Source: an uncultured virus (IMG/VR IMGVR_UViG_3300018494_004239) (Duplodnaviria; Heunggongvirae; Uroviricota; Caudoviricetes). Taken from it: a DNA stretch of 64,000 nucleotides. Below the pieces are notes generated by a model. That model was not told where the DNA came from. It saw nothing but the letters and a program-made list of their open reading frames with translations, and did no database searches. The DNA lies in IMG/VR virus record IMGVR_UViG_3300018494_004239; one strand, written 5' to 3'. The position numbers and the translations under genes are program-made. Shown piece after piece: positions 40,214-50,205 of the stretch (its first letter is position 1; every line of letters starts with the position of its first letter).

Positions 40214-40864
40214 GTGAAAAATAAAGCGATTTTTATTACACTCATTGTTTTTATGATTGGTGCAATAGTTTTGGGTGTTGTTGCTAAAAATAAAATGCTC
40301 GATACTGTTGCCCAGAATAAAGCATATGTAGATAAATATGTAGAGAATCTGGATGATAGTTTCGTTTTCAGAAATGAAGAAGTTGTTAGCGAAACGGAAA
40401 AGAGATTTTATTATACTTCTCCAAAATATCCGTCATTCACTCTTATCGTTACATCTAATACTTCTGGAGAAGGTTATGCAATAACCGATAACTATTCTTC
40501 TCTCAATATGAATTTTCAGATTTTTGAATATTTTAAGAATTTCTTTGGAGAAGATGTTTTAGTCAATATTATGAATTTGGGCGAACTCAATGTTCTGCCG
40601 ACAATCGAAGAAGCAATAGATTATAATTATTTCAATATTGCAGTTGGTATTTTAGAAAACGAAGATATTGAAAATCAAATTGCTGGTTATAAAACAAAAC
40701 TTACGCAAAATAAGATAGACTGCAATATTTACTTTTATTATCTTACACAAGAGCAATATGACAGATACAAGGAGCAATTTGTAGTTGTTGATGCTGGTTT
40801 TGTAAACTATCAAATGTGTATAGTTGAAAAAGGAAAAATAACAACTGAAATTAGATACGAATAA
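40214..40864 (+). CDS. Membrane-anchored hypothetical protein
   Basis: N-terminal hydrophobic segment. Confidence 0.7.
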   Translation: MKNKAIFITLIVFMIGAIVLGVVAKNKMLDTVAQNKAYVDKYVENLDDSFVFRNEEVVSETEKRFYYTSPKYPSFTLIVTSNTSGEGYAITDNYSSLNMNFQIFEYFKNFFGEDVLVNIMNLGELNVLPTIEEAIDYNYFNIAVGILENEDIENQIAGYKTKLTQNKIDCNIYFYYLTQEQYDRYKEQFVVVDAGFVNYQMCIVEKGKITTEIRYE

Positions 40865-41007
40865 TAAGAAAGAGACGAGTAATCGTCTCTTTTTTTGTTG
40901 AAAAAACTTTTCATCATTTTGATAAAAAGTAGTTGACTTTGATGATGTTTTGTGGTATAATAAATATACAAAAGATAAAGAAAAACACTTAATGGAGGAT
41001 GAATTTT

Positions 41008-41574
41008 ATGGGATTAGATATGTATGTTTTTAAGGCAGAAGCACCTGCTATCGACCCTAATGTCGTGCATCGTTTTGAAGACATTAAAGACCTTGGCTAT
41101 ACCTTGATAGAAGAAGAATATTTCGGTCAAGATGATACTGTCGCATTAAAGGAGTTTGCAGTTCCTTTTAATGTGATTTATGAAGAATTGGATTATGACA
41201 GAATTCGCAAAGACCATAATATGGGCGAAGGTTTCCATTCTTCGGTTTGCACTGGTCAATACACGATTTTCCGTGATGGCAAAAAAGAAGTTCAGATTGA
41301 TGCCAAGACACTTGATGAGAAATATAAGATTGAAGTCGAAAGACCTATTTGGGGTCTTAAACTGACGGAAGTTGCATATTGGCGGAAGGCATATGAACTT
41401 CAGAGCAAGATTTATAAAAGTTTTGAAGATGACCACAATATTTTGGTTGAAAACTGTGGATACTATCAGTTGTCTATGAAACAGGTGGCAATGATTTGTC
41501 GTGAAGACAGGGAACAGTGTAATGCACTTGTTTCGCACGAAAATGGCACTTTGTTTTATCACGAGTGGTATTAA
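41008..41574 (+). CDS. Hypothetical protein, distant 'PDIDPN' family member
   Basis: MGLDMY start, 'PAIDPNV','EVAYWRK', ends 'YHEWY'. Confidence 0.75.
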   Translation: MGLDMYVFKAEAPAIDPNVVHRFEDIKDLGYTLIEEEYFGQDDTVALKEFAVPFNVIYEELDYDRIRKDHNMGEGFHSSVCTGQYTIFRDGKKEVQIDAKTLDEKYKIEVERPIWGLKLTEVAYWRKAYELQSKIYKSFEDDHNILVENCGYYQLSMKQVAMICREDREQCNALVSHENGTLFYHEWY

Positions 41575-41814
41575 AAACGAAAAAGCACCGATGGCAAATC
41601 GGTGCTTTTTTCTGATATATAGGAGTCTGGTCATTAACATGGCAAAAGAGCCAAAGGAGATGTGCGATGTTCAATCACAATTATATTGTATTGTGTTTCG
41701 TTGCGAAATTCAAGTAAAAAAATAGGGAGTTGATAAAAAATATTTTTCTTCAGATTGACTTTCTAATTGATTTGTGATATAATTATATCATTACAAAAGA
41801 AAGGAGAGATATCG

Positions 41815-42216
41815 TTGAAAACCAAAACTATGGGGCAAATATTTACACCGAAACATATTGTCAATAATATATTGGATATGGTAGGGTTTTGTGATGATAA
41901 TGTCGTAAAAATGAAGATTATGGAACCATCTTTTGGCGATGGTGCTTTCCTTTCTGAAATCATTCGCAGGATAGTGGAATATTGTAAGAATAATGATTAT
42001 AGCATTGTTAAAACAATGGATATTGTTACGGGCAATGTTCATGGTGTTGAAAAAGACAGTAAATATTACGGAATGGCAATAGACAATATTCGTAGAGTGC
42101 TTTTTCAATACGGTATTTCTTATGATGGTAGTTTCCCATACTTGGTAAATGCTGATACATTTGATGTTTATGAAAAATATATGGGCGAGTTTGACATAGT
42201 TTGTGGTAATCCGCCT
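41815..42216 (+). pseudogene. 5' half of an Eco57I/TaqI-like adenine methyltransferase split by the island
   Basis: 'GQIFTP', 'MEPSFGDGAFL', 'FDIVCGNPP', then homology stops. Confidence 0.88.
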
Positions 42217-42316
42217 TTATCAATAAATCTCTTGCTGTGTAAGAAAGATAGTTATATTAGTAATAATCCTTATAAACATTTACACGCTCATTGCGTTAAC
42301 GGAGGTGTTATTGTTT

Positions 42317-43747
42317 ATGAATAACTGTCAAGTATTTACACCTACCTATATAGTTGATTTGATGTTAGATAAACTTAACTACAAAGACGATAACATTAAA
42401 AACAAAACTATCTTTGAACCATCTTTCGGAGATGGTGCTTTTCTCACAGCAATTGTTAAAAGAATTCTTACATATTCTAATGAGAATAAACTTACTCACA
42501 AAGAAACGATAGGTATTCTTAACAATGTGTATGCTGTTGAGATTGATAAAAAGTATTATGATATAACCATTCAGAAGTTGAACAATATTCTGTCTGAATA
42601 TGGTATCAAATACGAATGGAACAATATCGTTTGTGGTAATACGCTTCATTATGTTCCTCCTGTCAAGTTTGACCTAACTGTTGCTAACCCACCCTATCAG
42701 AGAGCGATGCATATGGATTTGTCTACCAGAAATGAAATTGAAACGAATTATCAATTCGGAGTTGGTAATACAGACTTATATGTTGTTTTCTTTGAATATT
42801 GTTTGAAGGCAATGAAACATGATGGTAAGTTATGCTTTATTACACCTAACTCATATTTCAAAAACAGTTCACAGACATTGTTTAGAAAATATCTTTCTGA
42901 CAACAATTTGGTTGATACAATCGTTGATTACTGCAATGTCAAAGTGTTCGATTCCATTGCAACATACACAGCAATTATCTTACTCGATTTTGATAGAGAA
43001 AACAAAACCACCAAATATATCATGATGAAATCAGAAACAGAAGAGGAATATCAGTCCAATGTTGACCTGAAATCTTTTGGGAAGAAACCTTGGGTCTTTA
43101 CAAGTTCATCTGATGCAAAATTCTTGGAGAAAATCGCCAAAAGGAAAACCAAGTTGAAAGACCTGTGTGACATTCAACATGGACTTGCAACGAATGCTGA
43201 TAAAGTCTATGTAGTCAATAAAGATGATGTTGGTAATTTTGAGAGCGACATTCTGCGACCAGTTGCAAAGGCCTCTACATTAAATGTTGATAACAAAATC
43301 ATCTTCCCTTATGAGTGGGACGAAGAAATGGGTCGTTATGTGGTTATAAGTGAAAAAGATATGAGAGAAAAATACCCAAAAACATATCAATATCTCTCTG
43401 ATAACCGCACTGTTTTGAGTAAGCGTGATATGGAAAAGGATTGCTTGTGGTATCAGTATGCTCGCAGTCAAGGCATTCAAAATTCTAATAACAAGAAGTT
43501 TGCTTTGAAACATATTCTTTCCAACGAAGATGCATCTTGCGAAATTAAAGAACTTGATACAAAAACTCTTGTTTACTCTGGTATCTACATTGTCGTCAAA
43601 GAGGAAAAGAATTACAATAGGGTAAAGCAGATTTTATTAAGTAAAGAATTTCACAAATATCTATTTCTTGTTGGGAAGAATATGGCAGGTGGATATCGTA
43701 ATGTAAGTGCTAAATTCGTTAAGGAATTCGGCATCGAGACAAAATAA
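42317..43747 (+). CDS. Eco57I/TaqI-like adenine DNA methyltransferase (island cargo)
   Basis: 'QVFTP', FEPSFGDGAFL, ANPPY, TDLYVVFFE, ITPNSYF. Confidence 0.9.
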   Translation: MNNCQVFTPTYIVDLMLDKLNYKDDNIKNKTIFEPSFGDGAFLTAIVKRILTYSNENKLTHKETIGILNNVYAVEIDKKYYDITIQKLNNILSEYGIKYEWNNIVCGNTLHYVPPVKFDLTVANPPYQRAMHMDLSTRNEIETNYQFGVGNTDLYVVFFEYCLKAMKHDGKLCFITPNSYFKNSSQTLFRKYLSDNNLVDTIVDYCNVKVFDSIATYTAIILLDFDRENKTTKYIMMKSETEEEYQSNVDLKSFGKKPWVFTSSSDAKFLEKIAKRKTKLKDLCDIQHGLATNADKVYVVNKDDVGNFESDILRPVAKASTLNVDNKIIFPYEWDEEMGRYVVISEKDMREKYPKTYQYLSDNRTVLSKRDMEKDCLWYQYARSQGIQNSNNKKFALKHILSNEDASCEIKELDTKTLVYSGIYIVVKEEKNYNRVKQILLSKEFHKYLFLVGKNMAGGYRNVSAKFVKEFGIETK

Positions 43748-43773
43748 AAAGTGGTATGAGAAATCATACCACT

Positions 43774-43965
43774 TTATTTCTTTTTATTAAGTTGATTGAG
43801 AATATTTTGTTGTTCCTCATAAGAGCGAAGATATTGTTGAATTGCTTTTTCTACAACGAATGTTTTATTCGAACCTGTATTTTTACAATGTTCATCAAGA
43901 TTTTGCCAAATTGTAATCTCAACCTTACAATTAAGTGCTTTATAGTTTTTCTTCTGCCTTGCCAT
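43774..43965 (-). CDS. Small ribbon-helix-helix-type regulator
   Basis: 'ALNCKVE..IWQNLDEHC..TG.NKTFVVEKAIQQYL'. Confidence 0.6.
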   Translation of the reverse strand: MARQKKNYKALNCKVEITIWQNLDEHCKNTGSNKTFVVEKAIQQYLRSYEEQQNILNQLNKKK

Positions 43966-44027
43966 TTTGTTTACCTCCCGATATATCATACCACGATGCA
44001 GTAAGGATTGGAAAGATGAATACAACA

Positions 44028-45311
44028 TTATTCATCTTGATTATCCCACTTTTCAATATCAAATGGAGTGTAATCTTTTCCGTCCCAAGGGTTAAACTGT
44101 GTATCGTAGGCAGACTTCTTAATGTTACATTCTGTGCAGAGCATCTGTAGATTTTCTCTTTCTGTTGCTCCACCTTTTGACCAAGGTTTAATGTGGTCTC
44201 CGTGCATTTCAGATTCTTCAAAATGTCTGTGACAATATGGGCATTCTCCACCTTGCTTCTTATAAGCCCAAGATATATCTTTTTTGTCGAATGCGCGAGA
44301 GTGAATAAACTTAATATTTTTACTCAATACTGCTTCATATACACCTTTGGGGTTGCTTATTTCATCAGAAGCATTTTCAAAAATAGCATTTGCCATATCA
44401 TCAGCATTTTTAGGTGTATTGTTGTGATATTTGTTATACAGAATACCCCAGTCCACACCAATCATATGTTTGCGATATGTTGGGAATGTTTCTTTTACCC
44501 ACTCCATAACATCTTCATAATATCTCCATAATTCACGGGCATTGGGGTCTTTGCGATGTGCATCCATATAACTATCAATAGTTTCTTTGCGACCAAATTC
44601 TTTATTATATGCATCAACTGCCCATTCAAGAACAATCTCTAATAATTTTTGACGAACAACAGCATTTTCTTTTTCAGATTTATTACCACCAACGACATTA
44701 AGATAATCACCGTATGTATGACCGTTAGAAACATGACCTTCTGAAAGATAACCTTCTCCATCAATACGAGAAAAATATCTCTTTGCATCAGTTACCCAAG
44801 TTCCGTTATAAATGGCATTTCGCATTTCTTGGTCAGTAAGTTTAATTCCTGAAATGTTGATAATTTGAAACCAAGCAAGTTTTTCATCTTCATCGCCGTC
44901 ACAAATATAAATTGTAACAGGATAATCGAGAAAATCGTCTGTCTTGCTGCCAAGATTGCTGAATGTTTTCGCAACTTCTTTTCCGCCGATGGAGAGAGAA
45001 ACGGAATATTGGTCCTCTGCAAACTTACAAATAGATAAGGTTCTTTGCTGACCATCCATAAGTTCATATTTGCCATCATCAGATTTTGCCCAATACATAA
45101 CATTAAGTGGATAACCCTTTAATATTGTATCGATAACAGCAATTTGCTTTGGGATTTCGTAAACAAATTCTCTTTGATAGGGTGGTCTTACATTGAGATT
45201 ACCACCAAATGCAGTTACTTCACCAGTTTTTGTATTTTCGTTAAATCCGTTAATTAAATCACGAATGGTAAGTTTTTTACCAAATAGTTCTTCATATGTT
45301 TTGACTATCAT
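44028..45311 (-). CDS. DUF262 + HNH nuclease (GmrSD-like restriction endonuclease)
   Basis: RPPYQREFVY, DGQQRT; CPYC..GDHIKPWSKGGAT..NLQMLC..CN. Confidence 0.88.
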   Translation of the reverse strand: MIVKTYEELFGKKLTIRDLINGFNENTKTGEVTAFGGNLNVRPPYQREFVYEIPKQIAVIDTILKGYPLNVMYWAKSDDGKYELMDGQQRTLSICKFAEDQYSVSLSIGGKEVAKTFSNLGSKTDDFLDYPVTIYICDGDEDEKLAWFQIINISGIKLTDQEMRNAIYNGTWVTDAKRYFSRIDGEGYLSEGHVSNGHTYGDYLNVVGGNKSEKENAVVRQKLLEIVLEWAVDAYNKEFGRKETIDSYMDAHRKDPNARELWRYYEDVMEWVKETFPTYRKHMIGVDWGILYNKYHNNTPKNADDMANAIFENASDEISNPKGVYEAVLSKNIKFIHSRAFDKKDISWAYKKQGGECPYCHRHFEESEMHGDHIKPWSKGGATERENLQMLCTECNIKKSAYDTQFNPWDGKDYTPFDIEKWDNQDE

Positions 45312-46295
45312 TTATTTGGTCTCCTTTCTTTTAATTATAATTCTCATATATGGAACAATTGCCTTATTGCCATCATAATAGCACAAATCTGGATGACCCT
45401 CCGTAATTTGTCCAGTATTCCCCTGTGCATAATATGTATCTACAAAATCTTTGGACATTCCGCTACTATCTTTTAGATATCTGCTCAATTCAACAATATC
45501 AAATTGCTCTGGGCAGAATGAATTAAGAAATGTAATAGGAACACCCATCTTTCCAAAATAATCTTTTGGAATTTCCGAAACTTTATTGATATTTATAGCG
45601 TCATAATTTTCATATTTCGGATATCTACTTTCATTGCCTTTATGGTTTTTAGTTAAAATTAAAGGTTCGTGATGCTTATCTAAATCCATATTTGTAAACC
45701 ATGTTTTGTTGCCGAACTTTTTAGTAGTGCCATCTGGTGTTATAAATTCCTTTACATTTGTGTATCCGAAAAACATCTTATTGCTCTTAAATAAGGGAAA
45801 CACTGTTTTGTATGTAATCCAATTCAAATCGCCGATAATGATGAATTTTTTATTATGTTCGATTAGTAGCGGAATAAAACTTTCACGAGCGATTGAAAAC
45901 GGCGGATTTGTAACAACTATGTCTGCTTCTTTCAAAATACTAACACATTCATCACTCCTGAAATCTCCGTTTCCTAAAAGAGGAGTCTTAACAAGATTTA
46001 CCATGTCATCATTCAACATTTCTCCTGCCCACTCCAACTTATATGAAGGAGAACCATCTTTATTAAAATGTGTTGTAATGAGTTTTTTAAGTTTTAACTG
46101 TTTGAAGTGCAACTTAAAGAATTGAAAAAAATTTGACCATTCTGGGTCATCACAATTACAAAGGACTGTTTTTCCTTCAAATTGTTTTACATAATCTTTA
46201 TGTTGAGAAATTTCTGCTTCTATATCTTCAAGACGAGTATAGAATTCATCATTTTTAGCGTCTTTTGCTTTGTTTAAATTATCATGTTTTGCCAT
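45312..46295 (-). CDS. Adenine-specific methyltransferase, EcoRI family
   Basis: KNDEFYT, CNCDDP, GDFRS.EC, VVTNPPFS, MGVPITFL. Confidence 0.9.
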   Translation of the reverse strand: MAKHDNLNKAKDAKNDEFYTRLEDIEAEISQHKDYVKQFEGKTVLCNCDDPEWSNFFQFFKLHFKQLKLKKLITTHFNKDGSPSYKLEWAGEMLNDDMVNLVKTPLLGNGDFRSDECVSILKEADIVVTNPPFSIARESFIPLLIEHNKKFIIIGDLNWITYKTVFPLFKSNKMFFGYTNVKEFITPDGTTKKFGNKTWFTNMDLDKHHEPLILTKNHKGNESRYPKYENYDAININKVSEIPKDYFGKMGVPITFLNSFCPEQFDIVELSRYLKDSSGMSKDFVDTYYAQGNTGQITEGHPDLCYYDGNKAIVPYMRIIIKRKETK

Positions 46296-46368
46296 TTATA
46301 ATACTCCTTTCGTGACATAAAATTGTTTTATTGAAAAACAAAAGAGCATTTTGTCAAGAACAAGAGTG

Positions 46369-46450
46369 TTTTTCATTTATGTTAATAAATGAAAAAAGAC
46401 ATATGTCTTTTTTCATTTATGTTAATAAATGAAAAAAGACATATGTCTTT
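46369..46450. repeat. Perfect 40-bp tandem duplication built from two palindromes
   Basis: TTTTTCATTTATGTTAATAAATGAAAAAAGACATATGTCT twice. Confidence 0.9.
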
Positions 46451-46774
46451 TGAATTTCTAATGTGTATATATTTCTATTTTTGAATTTTATTTCGTGTAG
46501 AAACGACTACACTATTGAGGTAAAAAATATATGACCGCTATGGTCAATTTCTGTTTGAAAATATAAACTAAAGTTTTGTAAAAGTCAAATAAACCGCAGA
46601 TTTTATATTATAGATTGATTATGATAAAATATTAAAAATTTTATCGCAGTTGTTTTTTGATATCATATATAATTATGACATTTTAGTTCAACAAACGGTT
46701 TTACTTAAGATAGAATATCTAAAACATGAATAATAAAATAAGCACCCTGCAAATGCAAAGTGCTTATGATTTTT

Positions 46775-47725
46775 TTATGATACTCTATTGGGGTCATTAT
46801 AAATATATAGCGAATTTTGTGCCATAATCAACATGGTATCATGATTTCCAGTTTGTGTAATGTTGAGCAATTTCATATCTGGATTTTCTTTGTAAAAATT
46901 CGTTAATTCCTCGTTAAGAACAAATGTGTAGTCCTTGTTTCTGTTGTTATAATAGTAAATGTTATCATCTGTTTGTAAGAGAACGCGATAATTTCTTTCT
47001 CTTGAGTATGACATCGATTTAATATCACTTACTACAACTCCTTCTGGTAGCACGAATTCCATATACTCCAAGTCTCCATATCCTTTATGAGTTAGTGTTC
47101 TTTCATCTTTGATTCTAAATTCTGGAATTCCAAGTCTTAATGAACAAGGGAGCGATACGATTTCTGGCATTGGGTCGCCATCATCTTTTATTTTTTGCAG
47201 GGTGCCATTATAGTTGTAAGTAGTCCAAGTATTATCTATATAACACAATGTTAATACTCCGCGTTCAAGATAACCTCTGCCAAGCAAATCAAATCTTACA
47301 CCATTTGCATCGCAATCTGCTATCACTTCTCCAACATACATAAACGCATTATTATCTTCATCTTTAGTGATGTAAAGATGATTAGAGTATCCAGTAAAAA
47401 TTCGTTTATCGTTTCCAGCAAAAATAATCTCTGAACCTTTTACTTTTCTTATTTCTTGTATTTCTTTATCGGTTCTTATGTAATAAAGAAAACCATCTGC
47501 AATAAAGTAATCATTTACAGCATCGGTAATTTTTCCACTATATTCTGTCGCAAATGGTACGAGATTGGGGTATTTATTTTCTGGTTTTTCTTCTGGTTTT
47601 GTTGTTTCCAAATTTGTCGAAGGTGCAGTGGGGGTATTATTCGGAGTTGCGGAACATCCAAATAAAGACAAAAGGGTGCAACAACAAAGTGTGAAAGAGA
47701 GTGCGGTTTTAATAAATTTGTTCAT
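46775..47725 (-). CDS. Putative lipoprotein
   Basis: Signal with LFGC lipobox, P/T linker. Confidence 0.75.
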   Translation of the reverse strand: MNKFIKTALSFTLCCCTLLSLFGCSATPNNTPTAPSTNLETTKPEEKPENKYPNLVPFATEYSGKITDAVNDYFIADGFLYYIRTDKEIQEIRKVKGSEIIFAGNDKRIFTGYSNHLYITKDEDNNAFMYVGEVIADCDANGVRFDLLGRGYLERGVLTLCYIDNTWTTYNYNGTLQKIKDDGDPMPEIVSLPCSLRLGIPEFRIKDERTLTHKGYGDLEYMEFVLPEGVVVSDIKSMSYSRERNYRVLLQTDDNIYYYNNRNKDYTFVLNEELTNFYKENPDMKLLNITQTGNHDTMLIMAQNSLYIYNDPNRVS

Positions 47726-47812
47726 AAAATCATCCTTTCGATAAATTTTCTTAAATTCTATATAATACAAAAATTATTTTCAATAAAAAAACAGGACATA
47801 TAGTCCTGTTTT

Positions 47813-48352
47813 TTATTCTGGTCTTTTTAATTGGATGATTCTTGCTCCAATTTGAGCAGATTGTTTTAATTTTTCATAATCATCTTGTAATTGTTCATAT
47901 TGTTCTTCAAGAGAAGAATTCCTTGATTGTATGTTTTTAATTTCAACCTGTAATCGCATATTTTCATGGCGAAGATTTTCAGTTTCAAAATCTCTTAAAA
48001 GAAATTGTCTGACCTGTCTCTCCAGTTCCTCGCATTTTGATTTTAAGCGCTCTACATCGCCCGCAGAGGCAGTCTTTTCATCAAACGAAGAAGAATACTC
48101 CTCTACAAATAAACGCAGTAATTCGTTATTGTAGAAGGTCTTGCGGGCTATCCCAGTGTCTGCTGCGATAACAGAAACATTAATGGGTCTGCCCTGCAAA
48201 ATCTCCCTTGCTTTATTAACTTCCATAAGTCTTGCTTGTATAGCATCGTCTGCCTTTTCAAACTGTGCTAATTTTTGCTTTGAAATAGTATCAACACTTG
48301 CTCCGTGACGAGCAAGGAATTCATTGATGCGAATTATTTTTTCGTTCTCCAT
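47813..48352 (-). CDS. HTH/coiled-coil accessory protein (GinD/TnpC-like)
   Basis: 'INVSVIAADTGIARKTFY' plus long coiled coil; overlaps the third recombinase. Confidence 0.7.
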   Translation of the reverse strand: MENEKIIRINEFLARHGASVDTISKQKLAQFEKADDAIQARLMEVNKAREILQGRPINVSVIAADTGIARKTFYNNELLRLFVEEYSSSFDEKTASAGDVERLKSKCEELERQVRQFLLRDFETENLRHENMRLQVEIKNIQSRNSSLEEQYEQLQDDYEKLKQSAQIGARIIQLKRPE

Positions 48353-50205
48353 AACTCAATCTCCTTTCTGATTTCTTCACGATTCTCCATAATTTCAACG
48401 AGAGATGGATGTTTATCGAGGATTGTATCGAAACCCTTTAACAATATTTCTTTATCTAATTCATCAAGTTCGGGCAACAATCGTCTATTGATGATATCTT
48501 TGAGTTTAGCCAACTCTTTCTGTGCTGCTTTTGTTTTACCAGCATCAGACATCGCTTTATAAGTTCCTTGTAATGTTTGGAAGTTCAAGTAAGACACATC
48601 TACCATATAATAGAAGTGGAAGAGGTTTGGGCATAAATTATATGCACACATCATTTCATTGGTTCTGGCGTCCTTTGAACAAGGCATGAGAGAGGTTTTA
48701 ATGCAAACGCCACCAGTTTTACCCCTGATAACAACTTTGTCTCCAAGAGCCTTCACAATCGCTTCAATATCGGTGTGAACATTGAAACCATTATCAGCAA
48801 TAAACTTCTGAATATTTTCTTTTAATTCTTGACCAAGCATATTGCCACCAAGAGGGGTCACATTGTCTTCAGCAATCTCACGAATAACTTTTTCTGAATA
48901 TTGAATGTTTTCCTGATAAGTATCTTTTGGTCTCACATAATAACCCAACATATAATCAGATAAGTGACCCATGTATTTTTGAATATAAACAAGTGGAACA
49001 CCACGATTATAAAGTGTTGTACAAAGATGTACACGATATTGACGGGTTTCAGGAACATACAAAGAAACAACTTCATTTTCTTTGTTGTTTTTTGTGGTTC
49101 TATGCAATGTGTATTTGTATGGCGAAATTCCTTCCCATTCTGTTGTGCTTTCAACTGGAAGATATTTATACATAAAGTTGTGATATATTCTTCTCCACTG
49201 CACATTTGTATGTGGGACTCTATTGGTTGCAAAAGAAAGTTCGGACGGATTAAATACACACAAGGTTTTGTTGCCATTAGAAAGAGTGGATTTCTTTCGT
49301 AAATTTTTCATCAAATCAAATGCTTCTTTACCAAGACTGTTACAGAAAATATCAAATTCTAATAATGGTTGATGCGCTTTGCTTGGTTTTCTTTCTGTAA
49401 AATGGATATAATGTGTGCGATTGTCGCTTTTAGATAGTTTTTTCTCAAACAATCTATCAGTAGTTAATTCTAAAAAATCGCCTAACCTTAAACCAGTTTG
49501 AGATAACAATACGATAGATGCAGCCATCATTCGCATATCCGTCTCTTCATTCTTGTTTCTCATCACGGACAAGCATTTGGTCAATATGATATTAAAATAT
49601 GTTTCTGGAATATCTGGTAGTTTGGTATCGGTCTGTTTGTCCAATCTTTTCGATTTAACACTTTCTTCGTCCAAAACAGAAATGTCTACTGGGAGTTTCA
49701 ATTCATAGTATTTGGTGAAAAAATAATAAAACTGATACATAGCTTGATACAAATTGTGTGTCGTGGACATAGATGCATTCCTTCGTTTAATTTCATTCAC
49801 AATGTCATCCGTTGTAACAATATGGATGTTTTTATGAGAGGTGCTATTAAAAATGTGTAACATAACACTGACAAAATTAGCATATCTCACTCCAACTGTA
49901 CTGACTTTTGTCTTTCCAGATATTTTATGTAAGACAAAAAATTTGCAATACTCCGCTAATTCAGATGGGAGTTCCGAGAAATTAAATTTACATGCCTTTG
50001 ACTGTCCACCATTGAAATATGGATTAAAGTCCCAAACATCATCAGCAAAAGAAATCTTAAGGTCTTTTGTTGGTACTTTATCAACCACATTTTCGAAGGC
50101 ATCCAAATATTTCTGGGTATCATCAGAAAAAGCGAATGCTGGACTTTTGTGCCAAGGCACATTATCTACATAATCAAATTTTAAAGCAGATGTTCCATCA
50201 ATCAT
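48334..50205 (-). CDS. Tyrosine recombinase 3
   Basis: TGLRLGD, 'RQYR', YMGH....LGYY. Confidence 0.88.
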   Translation of the reverse strand: MIDGTSALKFDYVDNVPWHKSPAFAFSDDTQKYLDAFENVVDKVPTKDLKISFADDVWDFNPYFNGGQSKACKFNFSELPSELAEYCKFFVLHKISGKTKVSTVGVRYANFVSVMLHIFNSTSHKNIHIVTTDDIVNEIKRRNASMSTTHNLYQAMYQFYYFFTKYYELKLPVDISVLDEESVKSKRLDKQTDTKLPDIPETYFNIILTKCLSVMRNKNEETDMRMMAASIVLLSQTGLRLGDFLELTTDRLFEKKLSKSDNRTHYIHFTERKPSKAHQPLLEFDIFCNSLGKEAFDLMKNLRKKSTLSNGNKTLCVFNPSELSFATNRVPHTNVQWRRIYHNFMYKYLPVESTTEWEGISPYKYTLHRTTKNNKENEVVSLYVPETRQYRVHLCTTLYNRGVPLVYIQKYMGHLSDYMLGYYVRPKDTYQENIQYSEKVIREIAEDNVTPLGGNMLGQELKENIQKFIADNGFNVHTDIEAIVKALGDKVVIRGKTGGVCIKTSLMPCSKDARTNEMMCAYNLCPNLFHFYYMVDVSYLNFQTLQGTYKAMSDAGKTKAAQKELAKLKDIINRRLLPELDELDKEILLKGFDTILDKHPSLVEIMENREEIRKEIELWRTKK

